From NCBI RefSeq assembly GCF_000017845.1, contig NC_010546.1, forward strand, positions 1,590,001 to 1,622,000: a stretch of 32,000 nt of DNA, read 5' to 3'. The notes under the pieces were generated by a model, which saw only the letters and a list, made by a program, of their open reading frames with translations, searched no databases and had not been told where the DNA came from. Made by a program: the position numbers and the translations under genes. This document shows, in pieces, positions 1-10,610 of the stretch (position 1 is its first letter; each line of letters starts with the position of its first letter). Origin of the DNA: Crocosphaera subtropica ATCC 51142 (GTDB taxonomy: Bacteria; Cyanobacteriota; Cyanobacteriia; Cyanobacteriales; Microcystaceae).

Positions 1-251
1 ACTAAATCCACCTTTTGGCCTTTATCTTTTAATAAGTCGATTAAAATACTTTCTACCACATACAAACAAGGTTGAGTGTATAAAGTCTTGGCTAACTCGG
101 TTTCATCCCCTTGACATCTATCTAATACTGACCAGCCTAATATATCTTTTGCTTCCTCAAAGCGATCTTTGCCAATGGGGGTTGTTGCTAAATCGACTCC
201 CATCCCCACTGCTTGTGATCCTTGTCCTGGAAATACCCACGCTGTTTTCAT
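1..251 (-). CDS. fabD: malonyl-CoA:ACP transacylase FabD, N-terminal part (gene runs off the left edge)
   Basis: Reverse translation from 251 gives MKTAWVFPGQGSQAVGMGVDLATTPIGKDRFEEAKDILGW..., the FPGQGSQ..GMG N-terminal signature of FabD. It lies directly downstream of plsX-fabH, as in the canonical fatty-acid synthesis cluster. Confidence 0.85.
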   Translation of the reverse strand, partial: MKTAWVFPGQGSQAVGMGVDLATTPIGKDRFEEAKDILGWSVLDRCQGDETELAKTLYTQPCLYVVESILIDLLKDKGQKVDL

Positions 252-294
252 AATTAATAACCTATTGATTAATGATTTAATGATTTTTTCTTGT

Positions 295-1290
295 TTAAAT
301 ACCCCAACGGAAAATGGCTGCGCCCCAAGTTAAACCTGCACCAAACCCTGACGTTGCAACAATATCCCCTGATTTTATTTTTCCTTGTCCCACTGCTTCA
401 TCTAAAGCCAAAGGAATCGACGCAGCCGATGTATTACCATACTCATCTAAATTAGCAATCACTTTTTGCGAGGGAATTTTTAAACGCTTGGCCACTGCAT
501 CGATAATTCTTTGATTGGCTTGATGTAGAATTAACCAGTCAATGTCATCGGTGGTTAAGTGAGCGTTAAACAGTGCTTTTTCTATCACTTCTGGCACTTT
601 TTCTACGGCAAAACGATAAACATCTCGTCCTTTCATAGTAATGGGCTGATAAGTGCCTTGATTGATGGCTATGCCCTCTTTTAACTCTTTGTCGTTGCCA
701 TGATAGCCAAGATTTAAGGCATCGTGTTGTTTGCCGTCACTGTACATGGCAAAACCTAACAAATTATCATGATCTGTGATTCCTTGACAGACCACTGCTC
801 CGGCACCATCTCCAAACAAAACACAGGTGGTCCGATCTGACCAGTCAACCCAACGGGAAAGAATATCAGCGCCGATGACTAAGACATTTTGGTAGACTCC
901 CGTACGAATATACTGGGCTGCGGTGATTAATCCAAAGACAAAACCTGAACAAGCGGCCGTTAAATCAAAGGCTACTGCATTATTGGCTTCTAAAATATGT
1001 TGTATCTTGGCGGCACTACCAAACAGATCATCAGCGGTAGATGTGGCTAAAATAATCAAATCTATATCTCCAGGGACCAGTCCTGCCATGGCGATCGCTT
1101 CGGTTGCTGCTTGAGCAGAGAGATCACTCAAGGATGAGTTGGTTGTAGCTAAATGTCGCTTACGGATTCCTGTTCTGGTGCGAATCCATTCATCGGATGT
1201 TTCGACCAAACGACTTAAATCATCATTGGTCATCACCTGTTTTGGTGCGGCCGAACCACAACCTATTATGCTTACCCCGATTGCTTTCAA
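295..1290 (-). CDS. fabH: 3-oxoacyl-ACP synthase III (KAS III)
   Basis: 331-aa ORF with the KAS III catalytic-triad contexts AACSGF (Cys), LHQANQRI (His) and GNTSAASIPLAL (Asn). Positioned between plsX and fabD. Confidence 0.95.
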   Translation of the reverse strand: MKAIGVSIIGCGSAAPKQVMTNDDLSRLVETSDEWIRTRTGIRKRHLATTNSSLSDLSAQAATEAIAMAGLVPGDIDLIILATSTADDLFGSAAKIQHILEANNAVAFDLTAACSGFVFGLITAAQYIRTGVYQNVLVIGADILSRWVDWSDRTTCVLFGDGAGAVVCQGITDHDNLLGFAMYSDGKQHDALNLGYHGNDKELKEGIAINQGTYQPITMKGRDVYRFAVEKVPEVIEKALFNAHLTTDDIDWLILHQANQRIIDAVAKRLKIPSQKVIANLDEYGNTSAASIPLALDEAVGQGKIKSGDIVATSGFGAGLTWGAAIFRWGI

Positions 1291-1358
1291 TAACCTTTCC
1301 CCCTAATGGTTCGTAACTAATCAATGAATGATCAAGTTCTCATCTCTTTATTATCCCA

Positions 1359-2399
1359 TTATTTTTCCACCGAAGCTTGAACACTATCGGGAGTAGGATT
1401 TTCTTGAGAAGCTTTTATCCGATCTAAGACTTGATGATCGATCGCTTCTTTGGCTAAACGAATGGCATTAAAAATCGATGGACCATAAGAGCTACCATGA
1501 CTAATAATGCAAACACCAGCGACCCCTAATAATAAGGCCCCTCCGTGTTCGGCGTGATCGATCCGTTGTTTAAGTTTTTTCAGGTTGGGTTTGAGGATAG
1601 CTGTTCCTAAAATTCCACGCCACCCTTGGGGTAATTCTTCTCGCATAATTTGTAAGACAATTTCTCCTACTGCTTCAGCAAATTTTAAGAGAACATTACC
1701 GACAAAACCGTCACAAACGATCACATCAAAGCGACCCGAAAGCACGTCTCTGCCTTCAGCATTACCGATAAAAGGAATGGTTTTGTTATTTTCTAATAAT
1801 TGATAGGTAGCTAAGGCTAAATCATTGCCTTTGCTCGATTCTTCCCCTATATTCAGCAGGCCAACTTTTGGTTGCTCTACTCCCATCACATATTGACTGT
1901 AAATGGTTCCCATCAGGGCAAATTGTTCTAGATATTTGGGGCGACAATCCACATTCGCTCCCACGTCTAAAATAATCACGGATTTTCCTGCTAATAGGGT
2001 CGGAAATACGGTGCCAATCGCAGGACGATCAATGCCTTTGAGACGACCTAATCTCAGGGTTGCTGCTCCCATCGCAGCCCCAGAGTGACCGGCCGATACC
2101 ACCGCATCTGCCCGATTTTTCTTAACTAAATCCATAGACACATTAATCGAGGCTTTGGGTTTGCGTCGAAGTTCACTAATGCCTTCGTGCATTTCTATTG
2201 CCCCTTCTGCGTCTACGATCTCTATATTAGGGGACGGGTGATGATGTTGGAGGGATGCTTCGATTGACGGGCGATCGCCCACCAATAAAATGTCCACATC
2301 TAACTCTTCTGACGCTCGGATCGCCCCTGCGACGATTTCGTTGGGGGCATGATCTCCCCCCATAGCGTCCACTGCAATTCTTGCGCGATTTCCTGCCAT
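1359..2399 (-). CDS. plsX: phosphate acyltransferase PlsX
   Basis: 346-aa ORF with IAVDAMGGDHAP near the N-terminus and full-length PlsX-like sequence. Upstream of fabH on the same strand. Confidence 0.93.
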   Translation of the reverse strand: MAGNRARIAVDAMGGDHAPNEIVAGAIRASEELDVDILLVGDRPSIEASLQHHHPSPNIEIVDAEGAIEMHEGISELRRKPKASINVSMDLVKKNRADAVVSAGHSGAAMGAATLRLGRLKGIDRPAIGTVFPTLLAGKSVIILDVGANVDCRPKYLEQFALMGTIYSQYVMGVEQPKVGLLNIGEESSKGNDLALATYQLLENNKTIPFIGNAEGRDVLSGRFDVIVCDGFVGNVLLKFAEAVGEIVLQIMREELPQGWRGILGTAILKPNLKKLKQRIDHAEHGGALLLGVAGVCIISHGSSYGPSIFNAIRLAKEAIDHQVLDRIKASQENPTPDSVQASVEK

Positions 2400-2654
2400 T
2401 GCTCAAAACGATAGAAGCCATCAAGATTTTAACAGAAGCCTTGAACAATTTTGAAATGAATCCCTAGTAATTTTTCTAGTCACACTCATAATGATTATGA
2501 ATTAACCCCATTTTGTCCTTAATTAGCTAATGGCTGATAGCTGAGTGCTTTTAAAATTTGGTTATTATTGCATAGATGCAATTAAGGTAAAATGAAGGCA
2601 AAGAAGCTCATCATTTTGAGATAAAATAATGCTTGTAACATCACCTTTTAGAAC

Positions 2655-3521
2655 ATGAATTTTTTGACTAATCTTTTTTCTGCTCCTCAATCAACCCAAA
2701 CAAAAATCAAAGAAACACAACAAATTGGATTGCCCAGGACGAAAAAAGGTCGTCGAAGAGTACAGATTAAATCCCCTGAAGAAATCAGAATTATGCGTCA
2801 ATCTTCTTTGATTGTGGCCACAGTCCTCAAAGAAATTCAAGAGATCGTTAAACCAGGAATGACCACAGGAGATTTAGATAATTATGCAGAACAAAGAATC
2901 AGAGAAATGGGAGCAAAACCCAGTTTTAAAGGGTATTATGGATTTCCTGGATCGATTTGTGCCAGCATTAATCATGAAGTGGTTCATGGTATTCCTAATG
3001 CTAAAAGAAGAATTCGCCGGGGGGATGTTTTAAAAGTAGATACGGGAGCTTATTATCAAGGCTATCATGGGGATTCTTGTATTACCATTGCCGTGGATAA
3101 AGTCTCTTCTAAAACTGCTCGTTTAATTCGAGCAGCAGAAGAAGCATTATATGCAGGAATTAGCCAAGTAAAAGTCGGAAATGATTTGTTAGATATTGCA
3201 GGAGCCATTGAAGATGTGGTTAAAAAATACGGCTATTCTGTAGTAGAAGATTATACCGGTCATGGAGTAGGACAAAACTTACACGAAGAACCCCCAGTGT
3301 TTAATTATCGTACTAAAGAAATTCCCAATATTAAACTAAAAGAAGGGATGACTTTAGCCATCGAACCGATTGTGAATCAGGGGTCAAAATATACCAAAAC
3401 CTTACGCGATCGCTGGACTGTCGTAACAGTCGATAATGGTTTATCCGCACAGTTTGAACACACCGTATTAGTAACAGCAACCGGCTGCGAAATCTTAACG
3501 GATAGAACTCATCTTAGTTAA
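2655..3521 (+). CDS. map: type I methionine aminopeptidase with a roughly 35-aa basic N-terminal extension
   Basis: 288-aa ORF with metal-ligand contexts [32 protein letters not shown] and FEHTVLVT. There is no internal Met that would preserve the conserved IKSPEEI start of the core, so the extension appears to be translated. Confidence 0.9.
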   Translation: MNFLTNLFSAPQSTQTKIKETQQIGLPRTKKGRRRVQIKSPEEIRIMRQSSLIVATVLKEIQEIVKPGMTTGDLDNYAEQRIREMGAKPSFKGYYGFPGSICASINHEVVHGIPNAKRRIRRGDVLKVDTGAYYQGYHGDSCITIAVDKVSSKTARLIRAAEEALYAGISQVKVGNDLLDIAGAIEDVVKKYGYSVVEDYTGHGVGQNLHEEPPVFNYRTKEIPNIKLKEGMTLAIEPIVNQGSKYTKTLRDRWTVVTVDNGLSAQFEHTVLVTATGCEILTDRTHLS

Positions 3522-3544
3522 GTTCGGAGTTCGGAGTTCAGAGG
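3521..3544. repeat. STRR-like tandem heptamer array (GGAGTTC/AGTTCGG, about 3 units)
   Basis: agttcgg agttcgg agttcag agg, immediately after the map stop codon. Confidence 0.8.
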
Positions 3545-3716
3545 ACGCTATGCGCACCTTCGGTGGCGGAGTTATTGATAATTAGTTAATAATTTAGACT
3601 AACAAAAATTGATCATGTTTCGGTATTTTCTACCTCTCACCGAAGCCTGAGAGGTATTCTATCGATTAATATTAAGATATAGGACAATATTTTCTAAGCA
3701 TCATTCTACAGGATAT

Positions 3717-4697
3717 ATGGATTACAAAGATTACTATGCTACATTAGGCATCAATAAAAATGCCAGCGCAGATGAGATCAAAAAAGCCTTCCGCAAATTA
3801 GCGGTAAAGTATCATCCTGACAGAAACCCTGATGATAAGCAAGCTGAAGAACGTTTCAAAGAGATCAGCGAAGCTTATGAAGTATTGTCTGATCCTGAAA
3901 AACGGAAAAAATATGACCAGTTTGGCCAATATTGGAAGCAAGCTGGCCAAAGCACTTGGCCCGGGGCAGGTACGAACGTAGATATGGGAGGTTTTGATTT
4001 CAGCCAATATGGTAACTTTGAAGAATTTATCAATGAATTATTAGGACGTTTTTCTACCCCAGGCGGTGCGAGAACGAGAAGTTATAGTTATAGTAGTCCA
4101 GGGGCAGGCTACAGTACCAATTTTAATGACTTTGGCGGTGGGTTTGGAACTCAGACACCGGCCCCAGATCGAGAAGCTACCCTAAAACTGACGTTTTCTG
4201 AAGCGTTTCGGGGAGTACAAAAACGTCTTAACCTAGGCAATGAGATCATTGACGTACGCATTCCACCAGGGGCAAAAAATGGTAGTCGTATCCGTGTTCG
4301 GGGGAAAGGGTCCAGTAGTCCCTATAGTCAAAATAGAGGGGATTTGTATCTTAACGTAGAATTAACTCCCCATAATTTCTTTAAGTTTGAAGAGGATAAC
4401 CTAGTGTGTGAAGTCCCCATAACCCCTGATGAAGCGGTTTTAGGAACCACCATAGATGTACCTACCCCTGATGGTATGGTAACGGTTAAAGTTCCTCCTG
4501 GTATTCGGTCTGGCCAGTCCTTACGACTTCGGGGGAAGGGATGGGTAAAGCCAAAAGATGGTAGAGGGGATCAATTTGTCAAAGTTACCATTGATACACC
4601 CCAAAATCTCAGCGAGACAGAACGAAACTATTATGAAAAAATTCGGGATAGTCGGACTTATGAACCCCGTAAACATCTACAACAGATTAGTTTATAA
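3717..4697 (+). CDS. DnaJ-family co-chaperone, CbpA-like (J domain, G/F linker, C-terminal substrate-binding domains, no zinc finger)
   Basis: 326-aa ORF. J domain with HPD motif (KYHPDRNP), a G/F/S-rich linker and DnaJ C-terminal domains (GDLYLNVEL..., RLRGKG...). No CxxCxGxG repeats. Confidence 0.88.
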   Translation: MDYKDYYATLGINKNASADEIKKAFRKLAVKYHPDRNPDDKQAEERFKEISEAYEVLSDPEKRKKYDQFGQYWKQAGQSTWPGAGTNVDMGGFDFSQYGNFEEFINELLGRFSTPGGARTRSYSYSSPGAGYSTNFNDFGGGFGTQTPAPDREATLKLTFSEAFRGVQKRLNLGNEIIDVRIPPGAKNGSRIRVRGKGSSSPYSQNRGDLYLNVELTPHNFFKFEEDNLVCEVPITPDEAVLGTTIDVPTPDGMVTVKVPPGIRSGQSLRLRGKGWVKPKDGRGDQFVKVTIDTPQNLSETERNYYEKIRDSRTYEPRKHLQQISL

Positions 4698-4704
4698 TTT
4701 CACT

Positions 4705-5835
<1,131 letters not shown>

Positions 5836-5881
5836 CTAAAGACATTGTACCCCCTTGAAGTCAGTGTGAAAACTAAACTTC

Positions 5882-7558
5882 TCAAGGGGAACATTCCTCT
5901 AAAATGGTGAACTGTACATGATTAATAGCCAAATTGCCAATAGAAACCTGTTGCTTATTTAGGACAACACCATCAATCATTAATCGTTCAAAGGGAACCC
6001 CTTTACTCATTTCTGCATGATACCAAGCTAACCCCATAAAAAACCGTGTGGGATAAGGACCCCCTTCGTAAATATCATCGGGGTTAGATTCCATAGGCAA
6101 CCAGCCAATTCCAGGAATATAAAACTCCAGCCAAACATGATTATAGTCTGGTTTTAAGGGGAGATGGCGAACTAAAGCAGAAGCCGGACATTTATAACGG
6201 CCGACGGTACGACAGGCAATGCCATTTAAACGAAATAAGGCCAGTAAGACCCCTACATATTCTCCACAGGACCCTACACCTCGTCTGAGGGCAATATCGG
6301 GGGTATCAATATGGGGTTTAATGCCATAAGATAGGCGATCATAGACGTAGTTACGAATACTATAAATTTTTCTGAGAAGATTGGTTTCTCGTCCCACTGC
6401 TTCGGCTGCGGCCCGTTGAATAATCTCTGTATCCATCGCTAAGTTATCATTATCCACTAAATAGCGATCGCTATACTCTGAGGGCATTTCTGGTACGGTT
6501 TCACAGTCACGGGGACTTAAATTATATTTAATGCCCCATACTTCGATTAACGCTTTCCAGCCAAAAATACAACGGGTATTCTCGGTTAAAGTGTCAAATT
6601 TAAACACGGCCACCCGTTGACCATTTTCGATGATTTCGGTGAAGGGTCGGCCAATGGCTTCGACTTTACGAACTTTTTGACGGTGAGTTTCGGCCGGTAG
6701 GGCAATACGCCATTCTAAATTGTTCAGTTCGATGGGATCAAGGGGGGCTAACTCTTCAACGTAGGACATTTCCACCAGATAACCATTAGAGAGGGCATAA
6801 TGATCATCGGGATAATAGCGAAAATATAAAGGATGGATAAAGGTTTCGATACGATAGAGGAGTTCGTGGTTAGGATCGGCGTTAGGATTATCCCGAATAT
6901 AGGGTTCATGATTGACATAGGAGACATATAAAATCTCTTGATCGCTGTTGGGATCATGATAAAAGCTAATGCCAGTAGGACATTCAAAGGGGGTTAATAA
7001 ACTAAATTTTTGTTTCCCCGTTGCCCGATCTAAACAATAAACGCTTTGTTCTAGGGTATCGCTAACCCATAATTCTTCCCCTTTAATGGTAATATTTTCA
7101 ACCCCAATTCCTGGGGCGTATAAACGGGTAATTTCTTGGGCATTTTCTCGATTAAAAACGGAAATGGTTCCGGCTTTTTGGGAGGAAATATAAACCGTTG
7201 ATTTATAGATAGCAACACCGTTTACAGGATCAGAGAGTCGGACAAATAGTGTACAGTTGAAATTGGGATCATCTAAGTTACAATAATAAACGCTATAACG
7301 GGAAGTAAACCACAATTGATTATCGGCGATCGCCAATCCAGTCGCCCCGATAAACTCTTCCCAGTTATTACTATTAATAACTTTTGTATTGTGAGTAATG
7401 GGATCGACTTCTAATAGATAACCGTTGCGATTATCCAAGGCATATAATTTATTGTTATAGAAAGCAATTCCATGAATTTCTGAGGCTGCAATGGGGCGAA
7501 TAGTTGCAACATTAAACTGTTGTTGTGGGGAGACAGATAAAAGAGTATCAGAAATCAT
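5882..7558 (-). CDS. transglutaminase-like cysteine protease domain protein with an N-terminal repeat (beta-propeller-like) region
   Basis: 558-aa ORF. The C-terminal core has GVGSCGEY (Cys), YNHVWLEFY (His) and MESNPDD (Asp). The N-terminal half shows repeated G(I/V)A..(N/K)xLY/W..S....(V/L)...D blade-like segments. Confidence 0.75.
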   Translation of the reverse strand: MISDTLLSVSPQQQFNVATIRPIAASEIHGIAFYNNKLYALDNRNGYLLEVDPITHNTKVINSNNWEEFIGATGLAIADNQLWFTSRYSVYYCNLDDPNFNCTLFVRLSDPVNGVAIYKSTVYISSQKAGTISVFNRENAQEITRLYAPGIGVENITIKGEELWVSDTLEQSVYCLDRATGKQKFSLLTPFECPTGISFYHDPNSDQEILYVSYVNHEPYIRDNPNADPNHELLYRIETFIHPLYFRYYPDDHYALSNGYLVEMSYVEELAPLDPIELNNLEWRIALPAETHRQKVRKVEAIGRPFTEIIENGQRVAVFKFDTLTENTRCIFGWKALIEVWGIKYNLSPRDCETVPEMPSEYSDRYLVDNDNLAMDTEIIQRAAAEAVGRETNLLRKIYSIRNYVYDRLSYGIKPHIDTPDIALRRGVGSCGEYVGVLLALFRLNGIACRTVGRYKCPASALVRHLPLKPDYNHVWLEFYIPGIGWLPMESNPDDIYEGGPYPTRFFMGLAWYHAEMSKGVPFERLMIDGVVLNKQQVSIGNLAINHVQFTILEECSP

Positions 7559-7582
7559 ATTTTATGCTTAACTTATGTCTAT

Positions 7583-7617
7583 CAGTGAACAGTAACCAGT
7601 TACCAGTGAACAGTGAT
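7583..7617. repeat. STRR-like tandem heptamer array (CAGTNAN x5)
   Basis: cagtgaa cagtaac cagttac cagtgaa cagtgat, 25 bp upstream of the transglutaminase-like gene start. Confidence 0.8.
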
Positions 7618-7757
7618 CAAAGTTGACTCATCAATCATTTATATTGACGATAATTGAGTCCGAAACCCGTCTTAAAAGACGAATCATTTTTGACAAGGAG
7701 CATAAATCTCTCTTTCAAAAACAACTTCTGTGCGATAGCGCCGCAACGGAGTGAGGA

Positions 7758-7777
7758 ACTTCTGACTTCTGACTTCG
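7758..7777. repeat. STRR-like tandem heptamer array (ACTTCTG, about 3 units)
   Basis: acttctg acttctg acttcg. Confidence 0.7.
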
Positions 7778-8043
7778 TTATGGCTGGCTTTCTCTAGTTT
7801 ATCAAGTTTAGCAGAATCAACCCTTAAAAAATGCTTATTTTGAACCAATTATTAGCTTAAAATCTTTTATTTTTATTAATTTTTTTATGATGGCAACAAG
7901 TTCATGCTAGAAACTAACCTTTATCAATGACAGGTTAAGATCAATTATATTATAATTTCTTGTAATCAGTTTAATTATAGCTGTCTAACCCACTCTCAAA
8001 CTGGATATAATTACAAGAAAACGTTAGTCAAATACTGATCATT

Positions 8044-8625
8044 ATGTTAGAAACTAAACCTAAGTTCAAAAGCTTTGAGGACTATTTAGCTTACGAAGAT
8101 GATAATAATAAATGGTATGAATTATTTAATGGAGAATTAATTGAGATGCCTCCAGAATCAGGAATTAATGTACAAATTGGAATCTTTTTAATTCTTCAGT
8201 TTTCTCGATTTATTGATTATCGTCAGATTCGAGGTCAAGGATTAGAATTAGAAGTGAGAGGGGAACCAAGAAACCGTTATCCTGACCTTACCATAATTCG
8301 AGAAGAACATATCAATTTATTAGCAAAACGTAACACGATTTGTTTGTTTATGCCTCCTCCTTTATTAGTAGTAGAAATTGTCAGTCCTGGGGAGTTACAA
8401 AAACATAGAGATTATATTGCAAAACGGATACAATATCAAGATTGTGGCATCCCTGAATATTGGATTATTGACCCTGAAAACCAAACTATATTAGTTTTAG
8501 AGTTGAAGGACAAGACTTATGTTGAACTAGGGGAATTTTCAGAAAATAGTAAAATTAAATCCCCTCAATTTTCTCAATTAGATTTGTTTGTATCACAGCT
8601 TTTTCAAAATTTGATAGGTGATTAA
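8044..8625 (+). CDS. Uma2-family (DUF820) PD-(D/E)xK putative endonuclease
   Basis: 193-aa ORF with Uma2 hallmarks: YELFNGELIEMPPES, YPDLTII (Asp), VVEIVSPGE (Glu), and K..YQDCGIPEYWIIDP. Confidence 0.85.
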   Translation: MLETKPKFKSFEDYLAYEDDNNKWYELFNGELIEMPPESGINVQIGIFLILQFSRFIDYRQIRGQGLELEVRGEPRNRYPDLTIIREEHINLLAKRNTICLFMPPPLLVVEIVSPGELQKHRDYIAKRIQYQDCGIPEYWIIDPENQTILVLELKDKTYVELGEFSENSKIKSPQFSQLDLFVSQLFQNLIGD

Positions 8626-8685
8626 TATTATTAATCCAATTCGATTATCTATTTCTTTTAAGTTCAGTTGATAAAAGGTTCAATT

Positions 8686-8979
8686 ATGAAGCTTAAACAA
8701 TTATTATTCAAAAAACGAAAGGAAATTCTTAGGATTGCAGCCAAACATGGGGCGTATAATATTCGGATTTTTGGTTCTGTTGCGAGGGGAGAAGATAACG
8801 AAAATAGCGATATTGATTTTTTAATTGATTATGATTTATCTAAAACAAGTTCTTGGTTTCCGATGGGTTTAATTGTAGAGTTAGAGACTTTATTAAAGCA
8901 TAAAGTTGATATAGCAACGGATGATTCTTTACATGAGTTTATCCGTGATAAAATACTTGAAGAGGCAATTAAATTATGA
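8686..8979 (+). CDS. mntA: MNT-type nucleotidyltransferase antitoxin (HepT/MNT toxin-antitoxin system)
   Basis: Minimal nucleotidyltransferase motif GSVARGEDNENSDIDFLI. The ATG at 8686 is preferred over the TTG at 8668 used by the ORF track. The stop overlaps the start of the downstream DUF86 gene (ATGA). Confidence 0.85.
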   Translation: MKLKQLLFKKRKEILRIAAKHGAYNIRIFGSVARGEDNENSDIDFLIDYDLSKTSSWFPMGLIVELETLLKHKVDIATDDSLHEFIRDKILEEAIKL

Positions 8980-9317
8980 AAGACTCTCGTATTTATTTAA
9001 TTCATATTCGAGATTGTCTAGCTAGAATTAAAGATTATACTGCTGAAGGAAAGCAGGTATTTTTTGAGGATTTGAAAACCCAAGATGCTGTTATTAGAAA
9101 TCTTGAGATAATGAGTGAATCTGTGAATAAGTTACCGTCTCAATGGACGGAAGCTTATCCAAATATGAAATGGGAGGAAATTAGAGGTTTACGTAATCGT
9201 TTAGCTCACGAATATCTCAATGTTAATCTTAAGATAATTTGGGATATTATTGAAAATGATTTACCAGACTTTGAGGTAACTATAGAAGCGATCGCACAAC
9301 AATTTTGGAATAGTTAA
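8976..9317 (+). CDS. hepT: HepT (DUF86, HEPN-fold) ribonuclease toxin
   Basis: 113-aa ORF with the Rx4HxY HEPN motif (RNRLAHEY). There is a 4-bp ATGA overlap with the upstream MNT gene. Confidence 0.85.
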   Translation: MKDSRIYLIHIRDCLARIKDYTAEGKQVFFEDLKTQDAVIRNLEIMSESVNKLPSQWTEAYPNMKWEEIRGLRNRLAHEYLNVNLKIIWDIIENDLPDFEVTIEAIAQQFWNS

Positions 9318-9525
9318 TTATTATTTTAAATTATTGTAATTAGTAACAACAATATTTAGAAAATCAGGAGAATCTTGCTCAAAATTAAAGTATATTTTAA
9401 TATAATCAAAAAAGAAGCTATTACAAATTATATGGCTACTTTATAAAAAGATAATTTATTAACTTAATGCCCGAAATTCAGGATTTAGTTAAATTACTTC
9501 TAAAAGTACACTTTAATCAATCTTC

Positions 9526-10263
9526 TTATTCTTGTTCTCTCCTTAAATCAATAGAGGTTTTATAGTTTAAATATTCCTCATGATACTCTCTATCTTCTAA
9601 AAGTTCATCGACTCCCTCTAAATCCAGATTTTTAAGTAAATCTCTAGTCATTCTTATTCCTTTCTTTGTTAATTTAACATAAGTCGTTTTTTTACGATTA
9701 TTATCTTGTCTTTGTGGTTGTTCAAGTAATCCTTCTTCTTGCAGTTTATCTAAGATAGAAAACTTTAAATCTATCCAACTTTTAACTCCTATGAAATTTT
9801 CTTTACATTTCATTTTTTCAGATTCCTCGAAATGTTTACAATCAAGATACTCATCCCAACCTGATAGATACAAAAAAATCATATAAATTTGTCTAAAGAC
9901 TTTATATTCTTTTAATTCTAATAATTCTTTTTCTTGTTGATCATAATATTGATCAATTTTACTCACTATTTTATCTCTTGCTTGATAAAATTGCTCTGAA
10001 TAATCACTAATAAATGATGGCTTATCATCATCGATTAAAGTTCCTTTTGCTAAATATTTTTGACTTAAGTTTGTTAAGATTTTTGATTCAGGAAGTTGGA
10101 AAACTTTGATACTCCAATTATCTCTTATTTCTGTATCTTCTTTGATTAACTTTTTCTTCTTCATTAATTTTTGTTCTTCATTTTCTTGTTCTTGGTATTT
10201 TCTTTTTTGTTCTTCCTGTTCTTGAATTTGTTTTTGTTCATAATAATCATCAGGTATATTCAA
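9526..10263 (-). CDS. hypothetical E/K-rich protein with a DUF6429-like C-terminal domain. The track ORF starts at a TTG; the gene probably begins at 10418 and is interrupted by a 1-nt frameshift in an A7 run (T7 at 10309-10315 on plus).
   Basis: 245-aa ORF. The C-terminal segment IYMIFLYLSGWDEY...KSWIDLKFSILDKLQEEGLLEQ...YVKLTKKGIRMTRDLLKNL resembles DUF6429 as I recall it. An upstream ATG ORF (MDAKKNFEIYTNSSATFTNAMKNCGEDFIKYLKKEK...) joins the downstream frame if one A is added. Confidence 0.6.
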   Translation of the reverse strand: MNIPDDYYEQKQIQEQEEQKRKYQEQENEEQKLMKKKKLIKEDTEIRDNWSIKVFQLPESKILTNLSQKYLAKGTLIDDDKPSFISDYSEQFYQARDKIVSKIDQYYDQQEKELLELKEYKVFRQIYMIFLYLSGWDEYLDCKHFEESEKMKCKENFIGVKSWIDLKFSILDKLQEEGLLEQPQRQDNNRKKTTYVKLTKKGIRMTRDLLKNLDLEGVDELLEDREYHEEYLNYKTSIDLRREQE

Positions 10264-10610
10264 ATATTTATTAACTTCAATCCAAAATTCATCATTTTTA
10301 GCGTGAAATTTTTTTCTTTTTTAAGATACTTGATAAAGTCTTCGCCACAGTTTTTCATGGCGTTTGTGAAGGTAGCTGATGAGTTAGTATAAATTTCAAA
10401 ATTTTTCTTAGCATCCATAATTAAGTTAATCTTTTATATCATTCAAAAAGTTTCAGTTTAATAATTTTAACGGTTATGATTCTTACTGTGTATTGAGGGT
10501 ACTCTCTTAAGGTAAAATTAAGGAAGAAAGTAAAATTAGAGACTTTTACTTAACATTCCCCTTAAAAATTACCACGCGCCTCACACACTATGATAGGAGA
10601 GTATTAAATT

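Noticed and set aside
2567-2582. Palindrome ATTGCAT-AG-ATGCAAT in the plsX-map divergent spacer, considered as an operator. The palindrome CGTCTTAAAAGACG at 7668-7681 was considered in the same way.
   Set aside because: These are short palindromes (6-7 bp arms) in AT-rich intergenic DNA. They are expected fairly often by chance, and no second copy was seen in the window.
3546-3557. The motif CGCTATGCGCAC here and its near-complement GTGCGATAGCG at 7730-7740, both beside heptamer arrays, considered as a dispersed repeat element.
   Set aside because: Only about 11 nt are shared, with an indel and a different flanking order. That is too short to distinguish from chance without a genome-wide count.
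10171-10392. 73-aa plus-strand ORF (F/L/I-rich, membrane-like) opposite the E/K-rich gene.
   Set aside because: It is the complement of GAA/AAG-rich codons (E/K gives F/L), which is a compositional artefact. It also spans the frameshift region of the minus-strand gene.
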